Part shown: one piece after another, positions 51,301-64,000 of the stretch
Numbering within the stretch: position 1 is the stretch's first letter
How the letters are laid out: each line of letters starts with the position of its first letter
NCBI GenBank assembly: GCA_964016885.1
Contig: OZ024740.1
Coordinates: 436,232,001-436,296,000 of the forward strand
DNA: 64,000 nt
From: Eledone cirrhosa
Lineage: Eukaryota
Direction: 5' to 3'
Translations under genes and position numbers: made by a program
Notes under the pieces: model-generated
The model's input: only the letters and a program-made list of their open reading frames with translations
What the model was told of the DNA's origin: nothing
Database searches by the model: none

Positions 51301-54300
51301 TAAGGTAATGTCTGTAGTATATACATGTGTAAGGTAACGTCTGTAGTATATACATCTGTAAGGTAATGTCTGTAGTATATACATCTGTCTGATAATGTCT
51401 GTAGTATATACATCTGTAAGGTAATGTCTGTATTATATACATCTGTATGGTAATGTCTGTAGTATATACATCTGTAAGGTAATGTCTGTAGTATATACAT
51501 CTGTAAGGTAATGTCTGTAGTATATACATCTGTATGGTAATGTCTGTAGTATATACATCTGTAAGGTAATGTCTGTTATATATACATCTGTAAGTTAATG
51601 TCTGTAGTATATACATCTGTAAGTTAACGTCTGTAATATGTACATCTGTAAGGTAATGTCTGTAGTATATACATCTGTAAGGTAATGTCTATAGTATATA
51701 CATCTGTATGGTAATGCCTGTAGTATATACATCTGTAAGTTAATGTCTGTAGTATATACATCTGTATGGTAATGTCTGTAATATATACATCTGTATGGTA
51801 ATGTCTGTAGTATATACATCTGTAAGTTAACGTCTGTAATATATAAATCTGTAAGATAATGTCTGTAGTATATACATATGTATGGTAATGTCTGCAGTAT
51901 ATACATCTGTAAGATAATGTCTGTAGTATTTACATCTGTAAGGTAATGTCTGTAGTATATGCATCTGTAAAGTAATGTCTGTAGTATATACATCTGGAAG
52001 GTAATGTCTGTAGTATATACATCTGTCTGATAATGTCTGTAGTATATACATCTGTAAGGTAATGTCTGTATTATATACATCTGTATGGTAATGTCTGTAG
52101 TATATACATCTGTAAGGTAATGTCTGTAGTATATACATCTGTAAGTAAATGTCTGTAGTAGATACATCTGTAAGGTAATGTCTGTTATATATACATCTGG
52201 ATGATAATGTCTGTAGTATATACATCTGTAAGGTAATGTCTGTAATATATACATCTGTATGGTAATATCTGTAGTATATACATCTGGATGATAATGTCTG
52301 TAGTATATACATCTGTAAGGTAATGTCTGTATTATATACATCTGTAAAGTAATGTCTGTAGTATATACATCTGTAAGGTAATGTCTGTAGTATATACATC
52401 TGTAAGGTAATCTCTGTAGTATATACATCTGTAAGGTAATGTCTGTAGTATATACATCTGTAAGGAAATGTCTGTAGTATATACATCTGTATGGTAATGT
52501 CTGTAGTATATACATCTGTAAGGTAATGTCTGTAGTATATACATCTGTAAGGTAATATCTGTAGTATATACATCTGTAAGGTAATGTCTGTAGTATATAC
52601 ATGTGTAAGGTAATGTCTGTAGTATATGCATCTGTAAGGTAATGTCTGTAGTATATACATCTGTAAGGTAATGTCTGTAGTATATACATCTGTCTGATAA
52701 TGTCTGTAGTATATACATCTGTAAGGTAGTGTCTGTATTATATACATCTGTAAGGTAATGTCTATAGTATATACATCTGTATGGTAATGTCTGTAGTATA
52801 TACATCTGTAAGGTAATGTCTGTAGTATATACATCTGTATGGTAATGTCTGTAATATATACATCTGTATGTTAATGTCTGTAGTATATACATCTGTAATT
52901 TAACGTCTGTAATATATAAATCTGTAAGATAATGTCTGTAGTATATACATCTGTAAGGTAATGTCTGTAGTATATGCATGCATCTGTAAGGTAATGTATG
53001 TAGTATATACATCTGTAAGGTAATGTCTGTAGTATATACATCTGTCTGATAATGTCTGTAGTATATAAATCTGTAAGGTAATGTCTGTAGTATATACATC
53101 TATATGGTAATGTCTGTAGTATATACATATGTATGGTAATGTCTGCAGTATATACATCTGTAAGATAATGTCTGTAGTATTTACATCTGTAAGGTAATGT
53201 CTGTAGTATATGCATCTGTAAGGTAATGTCTGTAGTATATACATCTGTAAGGTAATGTCTGTAGTATATACATCTGTCTGATAATGTCTGTAGTATATAC
53301 ATCTGTAAGGTAATGTCTGTATTATATACATCTGTATGGTAATGCCTGTAGTATATACATCTGTAGGGTAATGTCTGTAGTATATACATCTGTCTGATAA
53401 TGTCTGTAGTATATACATCTGTAAGGTAATGTCTGTAGTATATACATCTGAATGGTAATGTCAGTAGTATATACATCTGTATGGTAATGTCTGTAGTATA
53501 TATATCTGTAAGGTAATGTCTGTAGTATATACATCTGTAAGGTAATGTCTGTAGTATATACATCTGTAAGGTAATGTCTGTAGTATATACATCTGTAAGG
53601 TAATGTCTGTAGTATATACATCTGTATGGTAATGCCTGTAGTATATACATCTGTAAGGTAATGTCTGTAGTATATACATCTGTAAGGTAATGTCTGTAGT
53701 ATATATATCTGTATGGTAATGCCTGTAGTATATACATCTGTAAGATAATGTCTGTAGTATATACATCTGTAAGGTAATGTCTGTAGTATATACATCTGTA
53801 TGGTAATGTCTGTAGTATATACATCTGTATGGTAATGTCTGTAGTATGTACATCTATAAGATAATGTCTGTAGTATATACATCTGTAAGGTAATGTCTGT
53901 AGTATATACATCTGTAAGATAATGTCAGTAGTATATACATCTGTATGGTAATGCCTGTAGTATATACATATGTATAGTAATGTCTGTAGTATATACATCT
54001 GTATGGTAATGTCTGTAGTATATACATCTGTAAGGTAATGTCTGTAGTATATACATCTGTAAGATAATGTCAGTAGTATATACATCTGTAAGGTAATGTC
54101 TGTAGTATATACATCTGTAAGGTAATGTCTGTAGTATATACATCTGTATGATAATGTCTGTAGTATATACATCTGTATGGTAATGTCTGTAATATATATA
54201 TCTGTATGGTAATGTCTGTAGTATATACATCTGTAAGATAATGTCTGTAGTATATACGTCTGTAAGATAATGTCTGTAGTATATACATCTGTAAGGTAAT

Positions 54301-57300
54301 GTCTGTAGTATATACATCTGTAACGTAATGTCTGTAGTATATACATCTGTAACGTAATGTCTGTAGTATATACATCTGTAAGGTAATGTCTGTAGTATAT
54401 ACATCTGTATGGTAATGTCTGTAGTATATACATCTGTATGGTAATGTCTGTAGTATATACATCTGTAAGATAATGTCTGTAGTATATACATCTGTATGGT
54501 AATGTCTGTAGTATATACATCTGTAAGATAATGTCTGTAGTATATACATCTGTAAGGTAATGTCTCTAGTATATAAATCTGTAAGGTAATGTCTGTAGTA
54601 TATATATCTGTATGGTAATGTCTGTAGTATATACATCTGTAAGATAATGTCTGTAGTATATACATCTGTAAGGTAATGTCTCAAGTATATACATCTGTAA
54701 GGTAATGTCTGTAGTATATACATCTGTATGGTAATGTCTGTAGTATATACATCTGTGAGATAATGTCTGTAGTATATACATCTGTACGGTAATATCTGTA
54801 GTATATACATCTGTAAGATAATGTCTGTAGTACATACATCTGTAAGGTAATGTCTCTAGTATATACATCTGTAAGGTAATGTCGGTAATATATAGATCTG
54901 TAAGGTAATGTCTGTAGTATATACATCTGTATGGTAATGTCTGTAGTATATACATCTGTATGGTAATGTCTGTAGTATATACATCTGTAAGATAATATCT
55001 GTAGTATATACATCTGTAAGGTAATGTCTCTAGTATATACATCTGTAAGGTAATGTCGGTAATATATACATCTGTAAGGTAATGTCTGTAGTATATACAT
55101 CTGTATGGTAATGTCTGTAGTATATACATCTGTAAGATAATGTCTGTAGTATATACATCTGTACGGTAATATCTGTAGTATATACATCTGTAAGGTAATG
55201 TCTGTAGTATATACATGTGTAAGGTAATGTCTGTAGTATATACATCTGTAAGATATTGTCTGTAGTATATACATCTGTAAGATAATGTCTGTAGTATATA
55301 CATCTGTAAGCTAACATCTGTAGTATATACATCTGTAAGGTAATGTCTGTAGTATATATATCTGTAAGATAATGTCGGTAATATATACATCTGTAATGTA
55401 ATATCTGTAGTATATACATCTGTATGGTAATGTATGTATTATATAAACCTGTAAGGTAATATCTGTAGTATATACATCTGTAAGGTAATGTCTGTAGTAT
55501 ATACATCTGTAACGTAATGTCTGTAGTATATACATCTGTAAGATAATGTCTGTAGTATATACATCTGTAACATAATGTCTGTAATATATACATCTGTAAG
55601 GTAATATCTGTAGTATATACATCTGTATGGTAATGTCTGTAGTATATACATCTGTATGGTAATTTCTGTAGTATATACATCTGTAAGGAAATGTCGGTAA
55701 TATATACATCTGTAAGGTAATGTCTGTAGTATATACATCTCTAAGGTAATGTCTGTAATATATACATCTGTATTGTAATATCTGTAGTATATACATCTGG
55801 ATGACAATGTCTGTAGTATATACATCTGTAAGGTAATGTCTGTAGTATATACATCTGTAAGGTAATGTTTGTAGTATATACATCTGTATAGTAATGTCTG
55901 TAATATATACATCTGTAAGGTAATGTCTGTAATATATACATCTGTATGGTAATATCTGTAGTATATACATCTGGATGATAATGTCTGTAGTATATACATC
56001 TGTAAGGTAATGTCTGTAGTATATACATCTGTAAGGTAATGTCTGTAGTATATACATCTGTATGGTAATGTCTGTTGTATATACATCTGTAAGGTAATGT
56101 CTGTAGTATATACATCTGTAAGGTACTATCTGTAGTATGTACATCTGTAAGGTAATGTCTGTAGTATATACATGTGTAAGGTAATGTCTGTAGTATATGC
56201 ATCTGTAAGGTAATGTCTGTAGTATATACCTCTGTAAGGTAATGTCTGTAGTATATACATCTGTCTGATAATGTCTGTAGTATATACATCTGTAAGGTAA
56301 TGTCTGTATTATATACATCTGCATGGTAATGTCTGTAGTATATACATCTGTATGGTAATGCCTGTAGTATATACATCTGTAAGGTAATGTCTGTAGTATA
56401 TACATCTGTCTGATAATGTCTGTAGTATATAAATCTGTAAGGTAATGTCTGTAGTATATACATCTGTAAGGTAATGTCTGTAGTATATACATCTATATGG
56501 TAATGTCTGTAGTATATACATATGTATGGTAATGTCTGCAGTATATACATCTGTAAGATAATGTCTGTAGTATTTACATCTGTAAGGTAATGTCTGTAGT
56601 ATATGCATCTGTAAGGTAATGTCTGTAGTATATACATCTGTAAGGTAATGTCTGTAGTATATACATCTGTCTGATAATGTCTGTAGTATATACATCTGTA
56701 AGGTAATGTCTGTATTATATACATCTGTATGGTAATGCCTGTAGTATATACATCTGTAGGGTAATGTCTGTAGTATATACATCTGTCTGATAATGTCTGT
56801 AGTATATACATCTGTAAGGTAATGTCTGTAGTATATACATCTGAATGGTAATGTCAGTAGTATATACATCTGTATGGTAATGTCTGTAGTATATATATCT
56901 GTATGGTAATGCCTGTAGTATATACATCTGTAAGGTAATGTCTGTAGTATATACATCTGTAAGGTAATGTCTGTAGTATATACATCTGTAAGGTAATGTC
57001 TGTAGTATATATATCTGTATGGTAATGCCTGTAGTATATACATCTGTAAGATAATGTCTGTAGTATATACATCTGTAAGGTAATGTCTGTAGTATATACA
57101 TCTGTATGGTAATGTCTGTAGTATATACATCTGTATGGTAATGTCTGTAGTATGTACATCTATAAGATAATGTCTGTAGTATATACATCTGTAAGGTAAT
57201 GTCTGTAGTATATGCATCTGTAAGGTAATGTCTGTAGTATATACATCTGTAAGGTAATGTGTGTAGTATATACATCTGTATGGTAATGTCTGTAGTATAT

Positions 57301-60300
57301 ACATATGTATGGTAGTGTCTGTAGTATATACATCTGTAAGGTAATGTCTGTAGTATATACATCTGTAAGATAATGTCAGTAGTATATACATCTGTAAGGT
57401 AATGTCTGTAGTATATACATCTGTAAGGTAATGTCTGTAGTATATACATCTGTATGATAATGTCTGTAGTATATACATCTGTATGGTAATGTCTGTAATA
57501 TATATATCTGTATGGTAATGTCTGTAGTATATACATCTGTAAGATAATGTCTGTAGTATATACGTCTGTAAGATAATGTCTGTAGTATATACATCTGTAA
57601 GGTAATGTCTGTAGTATATACATCTGTAACGTAATGTCTGTAGTATATACATCTGTAACGTAATGTCTGTAGTATATACATCTGTAAGGTAATGTCTGTA
57701 GTATATACATCTGTATGGTAATGTCTGTAGTATATACATCTGTATGGTAATGTCTGTAGTATATACATCTGTAAGATAATGTCTGTAGTATATACATCTG
57801 TAAGGTAATGTCTCTAGTATATACATCTGTAAGGTAATGTCGGTAATATATAAATCTGTAAGGTAATGTCTGTAGTATATACATCTGTATGGTAATGTCT
57901 GTAGTATATACATCTGTAAGATAATGTCTGTAGTATATACATCTGTAAGGTAATGTCTCTAGTATATAAATCTGTAAGGTAATGTCTGTAGTATATATAT
58001 CTGTATGGTAATGTCTGTAGTATATACATCTGTAAGATAATGTCTGTAGTATATACATCTGTAAGGTAATGTCTCAAGTATATACATCTGTAAGGTAATG
58101 TCTGTAGTATATACATCTGTATGGTAATGTCTGTAGTATATACATCTGTGAGATAATGTCTGTAGTATATACATCTGTACGGTAATATCTGTAGTATATA
58201 CATCTGTAAGATAATGTCTGTAGTACATACATCTGTAAGGTAATGTCTCTAGTATATACATCTGTAAGGTAATGTCGGTAATATATACATCTGTAAGGTA
58301 ATGTCTGTAGTATATACATCTGTATGGTAATGTCTGTAGTATATACATCTGTATGGTAATGTCTGTAGTATATACATCTGTAAGATAATATCTGTAGTAT
58401 ATACATCTGTAAGGTAATGTCTCTAGTATATACATCTGTAAGGTAATGTCGGTAATATATACATCTGTAAGGTAATGTCTGTAGTATATACATCTGTATG
58501 GTAATGTCTGTAGTATATACATCTGTAAGATAATGTCTGTAGTATATACATCTGTACGGTAATATCTGTAGTATATACATCTGTAAGGTAATGTCTGTAG
58601 TATATACATGTGTAAGGTAATGTCTGTAGTATATACATCTGTAAGATATTGTCTGTAGTATATACATCTGTAAGATAATGTCTGTAGTATATACATCTGT
58701 AAGCTAACATCTGTAGTATATACATCTGTAAGGTAATGTCTGTAGTATATATATCTGTAAGATAATGTCGGTAATATATACATCTGTAATGTAATATCTG
58801 TAGTATATACATCTGTATGGTAATGTATGTATTATATAAACCTGTAAGGTAATATCTGTAGTATATACATCTGTAAGGTAATGTCTGTAGTATATACATC
58901 TGTAACGTAATGTCTGTAGTATATACATCTGTAAGATAATGTCTGTAGTATATACATCTGTAACATAATGTCTGTAATATATACATCTGTAAGGTAATAT
59001 CTGTAGTATATACATCTGTATGGTAATGTCTGTAGTATATACATCTGTATGGTAATTTCTGTAGTATATACATCTGTAAGGAAATGTCGGTAATATATAC
59101 ATCTGTAAGGTAATGTCTGTAGTATATACATCTCTAAGGTAATGTCTGTAATATATACATCTGTATTGTAATATCTGTAGTATATACATCTGGATGACAA
59201 TGTCTGTAGTATATACATCTGTAAGGTAATGTCTGTAGTATATACATCTGTAAGGTAATGTTTGTAGTATATACATCTGTATAGTAATGTCTGTAATATA
59301 TACATCTGTAAGGTAATGTCTGTAATATATACATCTGTATGGTAATATCTGTAGTATATACATCTGGATGATAATGTCTGTAGTATATACATCTGTAAGG
59401 TAATGTCTGTAGTATATACATCTGTAAGGTAATGTCTGTAGTATATACATCTGTATGGTAATGTCTGTTGTATATACATCTGTAAGGTAATGTCTGTAGT
59501 ATATACATCTGTAAGGTACTATCTATAGTATGTACATCTGTAAGGTAATGTCTGTAGTATATACATGTGTAAGGTAATGTCTGTAGTATATGCATCTGTA
59601 AGGTAATGTCTGTAGTATATACATCTGTCTGATAATGTCTGTAGTATATACATCTGTAAGGTAATGTCTGTAATATATACATCTGCATGGTAATGTCTGT
59701 AGTATATACATCTGTATGGTAATGCCTGTAGTATATACATCTGTAAGGTAATGTCTGTAGTATATACATCTGTATGGTAATGTCTGTAATATATACATCT
59801 GTAACGTAATGTCTGTAATATATACATCTGAATGGTAATGTCAGTAGTATATACATCTGTATGGTAATGTCTGTAGTATATATATCTGTATGGTAATGTC
59901 TGTAGTATATACATCTGTAAGATAATGTCTGTAGTATATACACCTGTAAGATTATGTCTGTAGTATATACATCTGTAAGGTAATGTCTGTAGTATATACA
60001 TCTGTATGGTAATGTCTGTAGTATATACATGTGTATGGTAATGTCTGTAGTATATACATCTGTAAGATAATGTCTGTAGTATATACATCTGTAAGATAAT
60101 GTCAGTAGTATATACATCTGTATGGTAATGTCTGTAGTATATACATCTGTATGGTAATGTCTGTAGTATATACATCTGTAAGATAATGTCTGTAGTATAT
60201 ACATCTGTAAGATAATATCTGTAGTATATACATCTGTAAGGTAATGTCTCTAGTATATACATCTGTAAGGTAATATCGGTAATATATACATCTGTAAGGT

Positions 60301-63300
60301 AACGTCTGTAGTATATACATCTGTATGGTAATGTCTGTAGTATATACATCTGTAAGATATTGTCTGTAGTATATACATCTGTAAGGTAATCTCTGTAGTA
60401 TATACATCTGTAAGGTAATGTCTGTAATATATACATCTGTATGGTAATATCTGTAGTATATACATCTGTAAGGTAATGTCTGTAGTATATACATCTGTAA
60501 GGTAATCTCTGTAGTATATACATCTGTAAGGTAATGTCTGTAGTATATACATCTGAATGATAATGTCTGTAGTATATACATCTGTAAGGTAATGTCTGTA
60601 GTATATACATCTGTATGGTAATGTCTGTAATATATACATCTGTATGGTAATATCTGTAGTATGTACATCTATAAGATAATGTCTGTAGTATATACATCTG
60701 TAAGGTAATCTCTGTAGTATATACATCTGTAAGGTAATGTCTGTAGTATATACATCTGAATGATAATGTCTGTAGTATATACATCTGTAAGGTAATGTCT
60801 GTAGTATATACATCTGTATGGTAATGTCTGTAGTATATACATCTGTAAGATATTGTCTGTAGTATATACATCTGTAAGGTAATATCTGTAGTATATACAT
60901 CTGTAAGGTAATGTCTGTAGTATATACATGTGTAAGGTAATGTCTGTAGTATATACATCTGTAAGGTAATGTCTGTAGTATATACATCTGTCTGATAATG
61001 TCTGTAGTATATACATCTGTAAGGTAATGTCTGTAGTATATACATCTTTAAGGTAATGTCTGTAGTATATACATCTGTAAGGTAATGTCTGTAGTATATA
61101 CATCTGTAAGGTAGTGTCTGTAGTATATACATCTGTAAGGTAATATCTGTAGTATATACATCTGTAAGGTAATGTCTGTAGTATATGCATCTGTAATGTA
61201 ATGTCCGTAGTATATACATCTGTAAGGTAATCTCTGTAGTATATATATCTGTAAGGTAATGTCTGTAGTATATACATCTGTAAGGTAGTGTCTGTAGTAT
61301 ATACACCTGTAAGGTAATGTCTGTAGTATATACATCTGTAAGGTAATGTCTGTAGTATATACATCTGTAAGGTAATGTCTGTAGTATATACATCTGTAAG
61401 GTAATGTCTGTAGTATATACATCTGTCTGATAATGTCTGTAGTATATACATCTGTAAGGTAATGTCTGTAGTATATACATCTGTAAGATAATGTCTGTAA
61501 TATATACATCTGTAACATAATGTCTGTAATATATACATCTGTAAGGTAATATCTGTAGTATATACATCTGTATGGTAATGTCTGTAGTATATACATCTGT
61601 ATGGTAATTTCTGTAGTATATACATCTGTAAGGAAATGTCTGTAGTATATACATCTGTATGGTAATGTCTGTAGTATATACATCTGTAAGATAATGTCTG
61701 TAGTATATACATCTGTAAGGTAATATCTGTAGTATATACATCTGTAAGGTAATGTCTGTAGTATATACATCTGTAAGGTACTATCTGTAGTATGTACATC
61801 TGTAAGGTAATGTCTGTAGTATATACATGTGTAAGGTAATGTCTGTAGTATATGCATCTGTAAGGTAATGTCTGTAGTATATACATCTGTAAGGTAATGT
61901 CTGTAGTATATACATCTGTCTGATAATGTCTGTAGTATATACATCTGTAAGGCAATGTCTGTATTATATACATCTGTATGGTAATGTCTGTAGTATATAC
62001 ATCTTTAAGGTAATGTCTGTAGTATATACATCGGTAAGGTAATGTCTGTAGTATATACATCTGTAAGGTAATGTCTGTAGTATATACATCTGTAAGGTAA
62101 TGTCTGTAGTATATACATCTGTAAGATATTGTCTGTAGTATATACATCTGTAAGGTAATATCTGTAGTATATACATCTGTAAGGTAAGGTCTGTAGTATA
62201 TACATCTGTAAGGTAATGTCTGTAGTATATACATCTTTAAGGCAATGTCTGTAGTATATACATCTGTAAGGTAATGTCTGTAGTATATACATCTGTAAGG
62301 TAGTGTCTGTAGTATATACATCTGTAAGGTAATGTCTGTAGTATATACATCTGTAAGGTAATGTCTGTAGTATATACATCTGTAAGGTAATCTCTGTAGT
62401 ATATATATCTGTAAGGTAATGTCTGTAGTATATACATCTGTAAGGTAGTGTCTGTAGTATATACACCTGTAAGATAATGTCTGTAGTATATACATCTGTA
62501 AGGTAATGTCTCTAGTATATACATCTGTAAGGTAATGTCTGTAGTATATACATCTGTATGGTAATGTCTGTAGTATATACATCTGTAAGATAATGTCTGT
62601 AGTATATACATCTGTAAGGTAATGTCTCAAGTATATACATCTGCAAGGTAATGTCTGTAGTATATACATCTGTATGGTAATGTCTGTAGTATATACATCT
62701 GTGAGATAATGTCTGTAGTATATACATCTGTACGGTAATATCTGTAGTATATACATCTTTAAGATAATGTCTGTAGTATATACATCTGTAAGGTAATGTC
62801 TGTAGTATATACATCTGTAAGGTAATGTCTGTAGTATATACATCTGTAAGGTAATGTCTGTAGTATATACATCTGTCTGATAATGTCTGTAGTATATACA
62901 TCTGTAAGGCAATGTCTGTAGTATATACATCTGTAAGGTAATGTCTGTAGTATATACATCTGTCTGATAATGTCTGTAGTATATACATCTGTAAGGTAAT
63001 CTCTGTAGTATATATATCTGTAAGGTAATGTCTGTAGTATATACATCTGTAAGGTAGTGTCTGTAGTATATACACCTGTAAGATAATGTCTGTAGTATAT
63101 ACATCTGTAAGGTAATGTCTGTAGTATATACATCTGTAAGGTAATGTCTGTAGTATATACATCTGTAAGGTAATGTCTGTAGTATATACATCTGTCTGAT
63201 AATGTCTGTAGTATATACATCTGTAAGGCAATGTCTGTATTATATACATCTGTATGGTAATGTCTGTAGTATATACATCTTTAAGGTAATGTCTGTAATA

Positions 63301-64000
63301 TATACATCTGTAAGGTAATGTCTGTAGTATATACATCTGTAAGGTAATGTCTGTAGTATATACATCTGTAAGGTAATGTCTGTAGTATATACATCTGTAA
63401 GATATTGTCTGTAGTATATACATCTGTAAGGTAATATCTGTAGTATATACATCTGTAAGGTAAGGTCTGTAGTATATACATCTGTAAGGTAATGTCTGTA
63501 GTATATACATCTTTAAGGCAATGTCTGTAGTATATACATCTGTAAGGTAATGTCTGTAGTATATACATCTGTAAGGTAGTGTCTGTAGTATATACATCTG
63601 TAAGGTAATGTCTGTAGTATATACATCTGTAAGGTAATGTCTGTAGTATATACATCTGTAAGGTAATCTCTGTAGTATATATATCTGTAAGGTAATGTCT
63701 GTAGTATATACATCTGTAAGGTAGTGTCTGTAGTATATACACCTGTAAGATAATGTCTGTAGTATATACATCTGTAAGGTAATGTCTGTAGTATATACAT
63801 CTGTAAGGTAATGTCTGTAGTATATACATCTGTATGGTAATGTCTGTAGTATATACATCTTTAAGGTAATGTCTGTAGTATATACATCGGTAAGGTAATG
63901 TCTGTAGTATATACATCTGTAAGGTAATGTCTGTAGTATATACATCTGTAAGGTAATGTCTGTAGTATATACATCTGTAAGATATTGTCTGTAGTATATA
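30357..64000. repeat. Satellite array B, 29-bp monomer, ~1150 copies, single orientation, continues past window end
   Basis: Consensus GTAATGTCTGTAGTATATACATCTGTAAG, with the palindrome GTATATAC and two TCTGTA sub-repeats. Confidence 0.99.
31030..31212 (-). mobile_element. tRNA-derived SINE with Meta-domain-like central region, inserted in satellite B
   Basis: Minus strand has A-box TGGCAGTATGG, B-box GAGTTCAAATCC, then GTTGACTTTGCCTTTCATCCTTACGGGGTCGATAAAATAAAGTACCAG (resembles the MetaSINE domain, from recollection) and tail AGAAACAATTA. Confidence 0.9.

Noticed and set aside
30263-63945. More than 100 long minus-strand ORFs as protein-coding genes
   Set aside because: They overlap in all three frames, repeat one 29-aa string and follow arithmetically from a stop-free 29-bp monomer. 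There is no unique domain.
8201-64000. CRISPR array
   Set aside because: Units are head-to-tail with no unique spacers, there are no cas genes, and the context is eukaryotic.

Overview
AT-rich animal genomic DNA. The repeat repertoire suggests a cephalopod such as octopus, but that is an inference. No host gene can be confidently called. Bases 1-8200 are a transposon cluster. It holds two related Penelope-like retroelements with Naiad-clade signatures. Copy 1 has an uninterrupted ~413-codon RT frame missed by the ORF track and an inverted 5' pLTR. Copy 2 is a decayed RT-thumb/GIY-YIG copy. Each pLTR carries a minimal hammerhead ribozyme motif. A non-autonomous Helitron with a triplicated SINE-like fragment lies between the two pLTRs. 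Also present are a hAT end with a hairpin minisatellite, tRNA-derived SINEs, a LINE 3' fragment and a compound microsatellite. The remaining ~87% is two directly abutting satellite arrays: a 40-bp unit (8201-30356, ~550 copies) and a 29-bp unit (30357 to the window end, ~1150 copies). Both show kilobase-scale internal block duplications, and a SINE is inserted in register in the second. The many minus-strand ORFs from 30 kb onward are artefacts of a stop-free 29-bp monomer.
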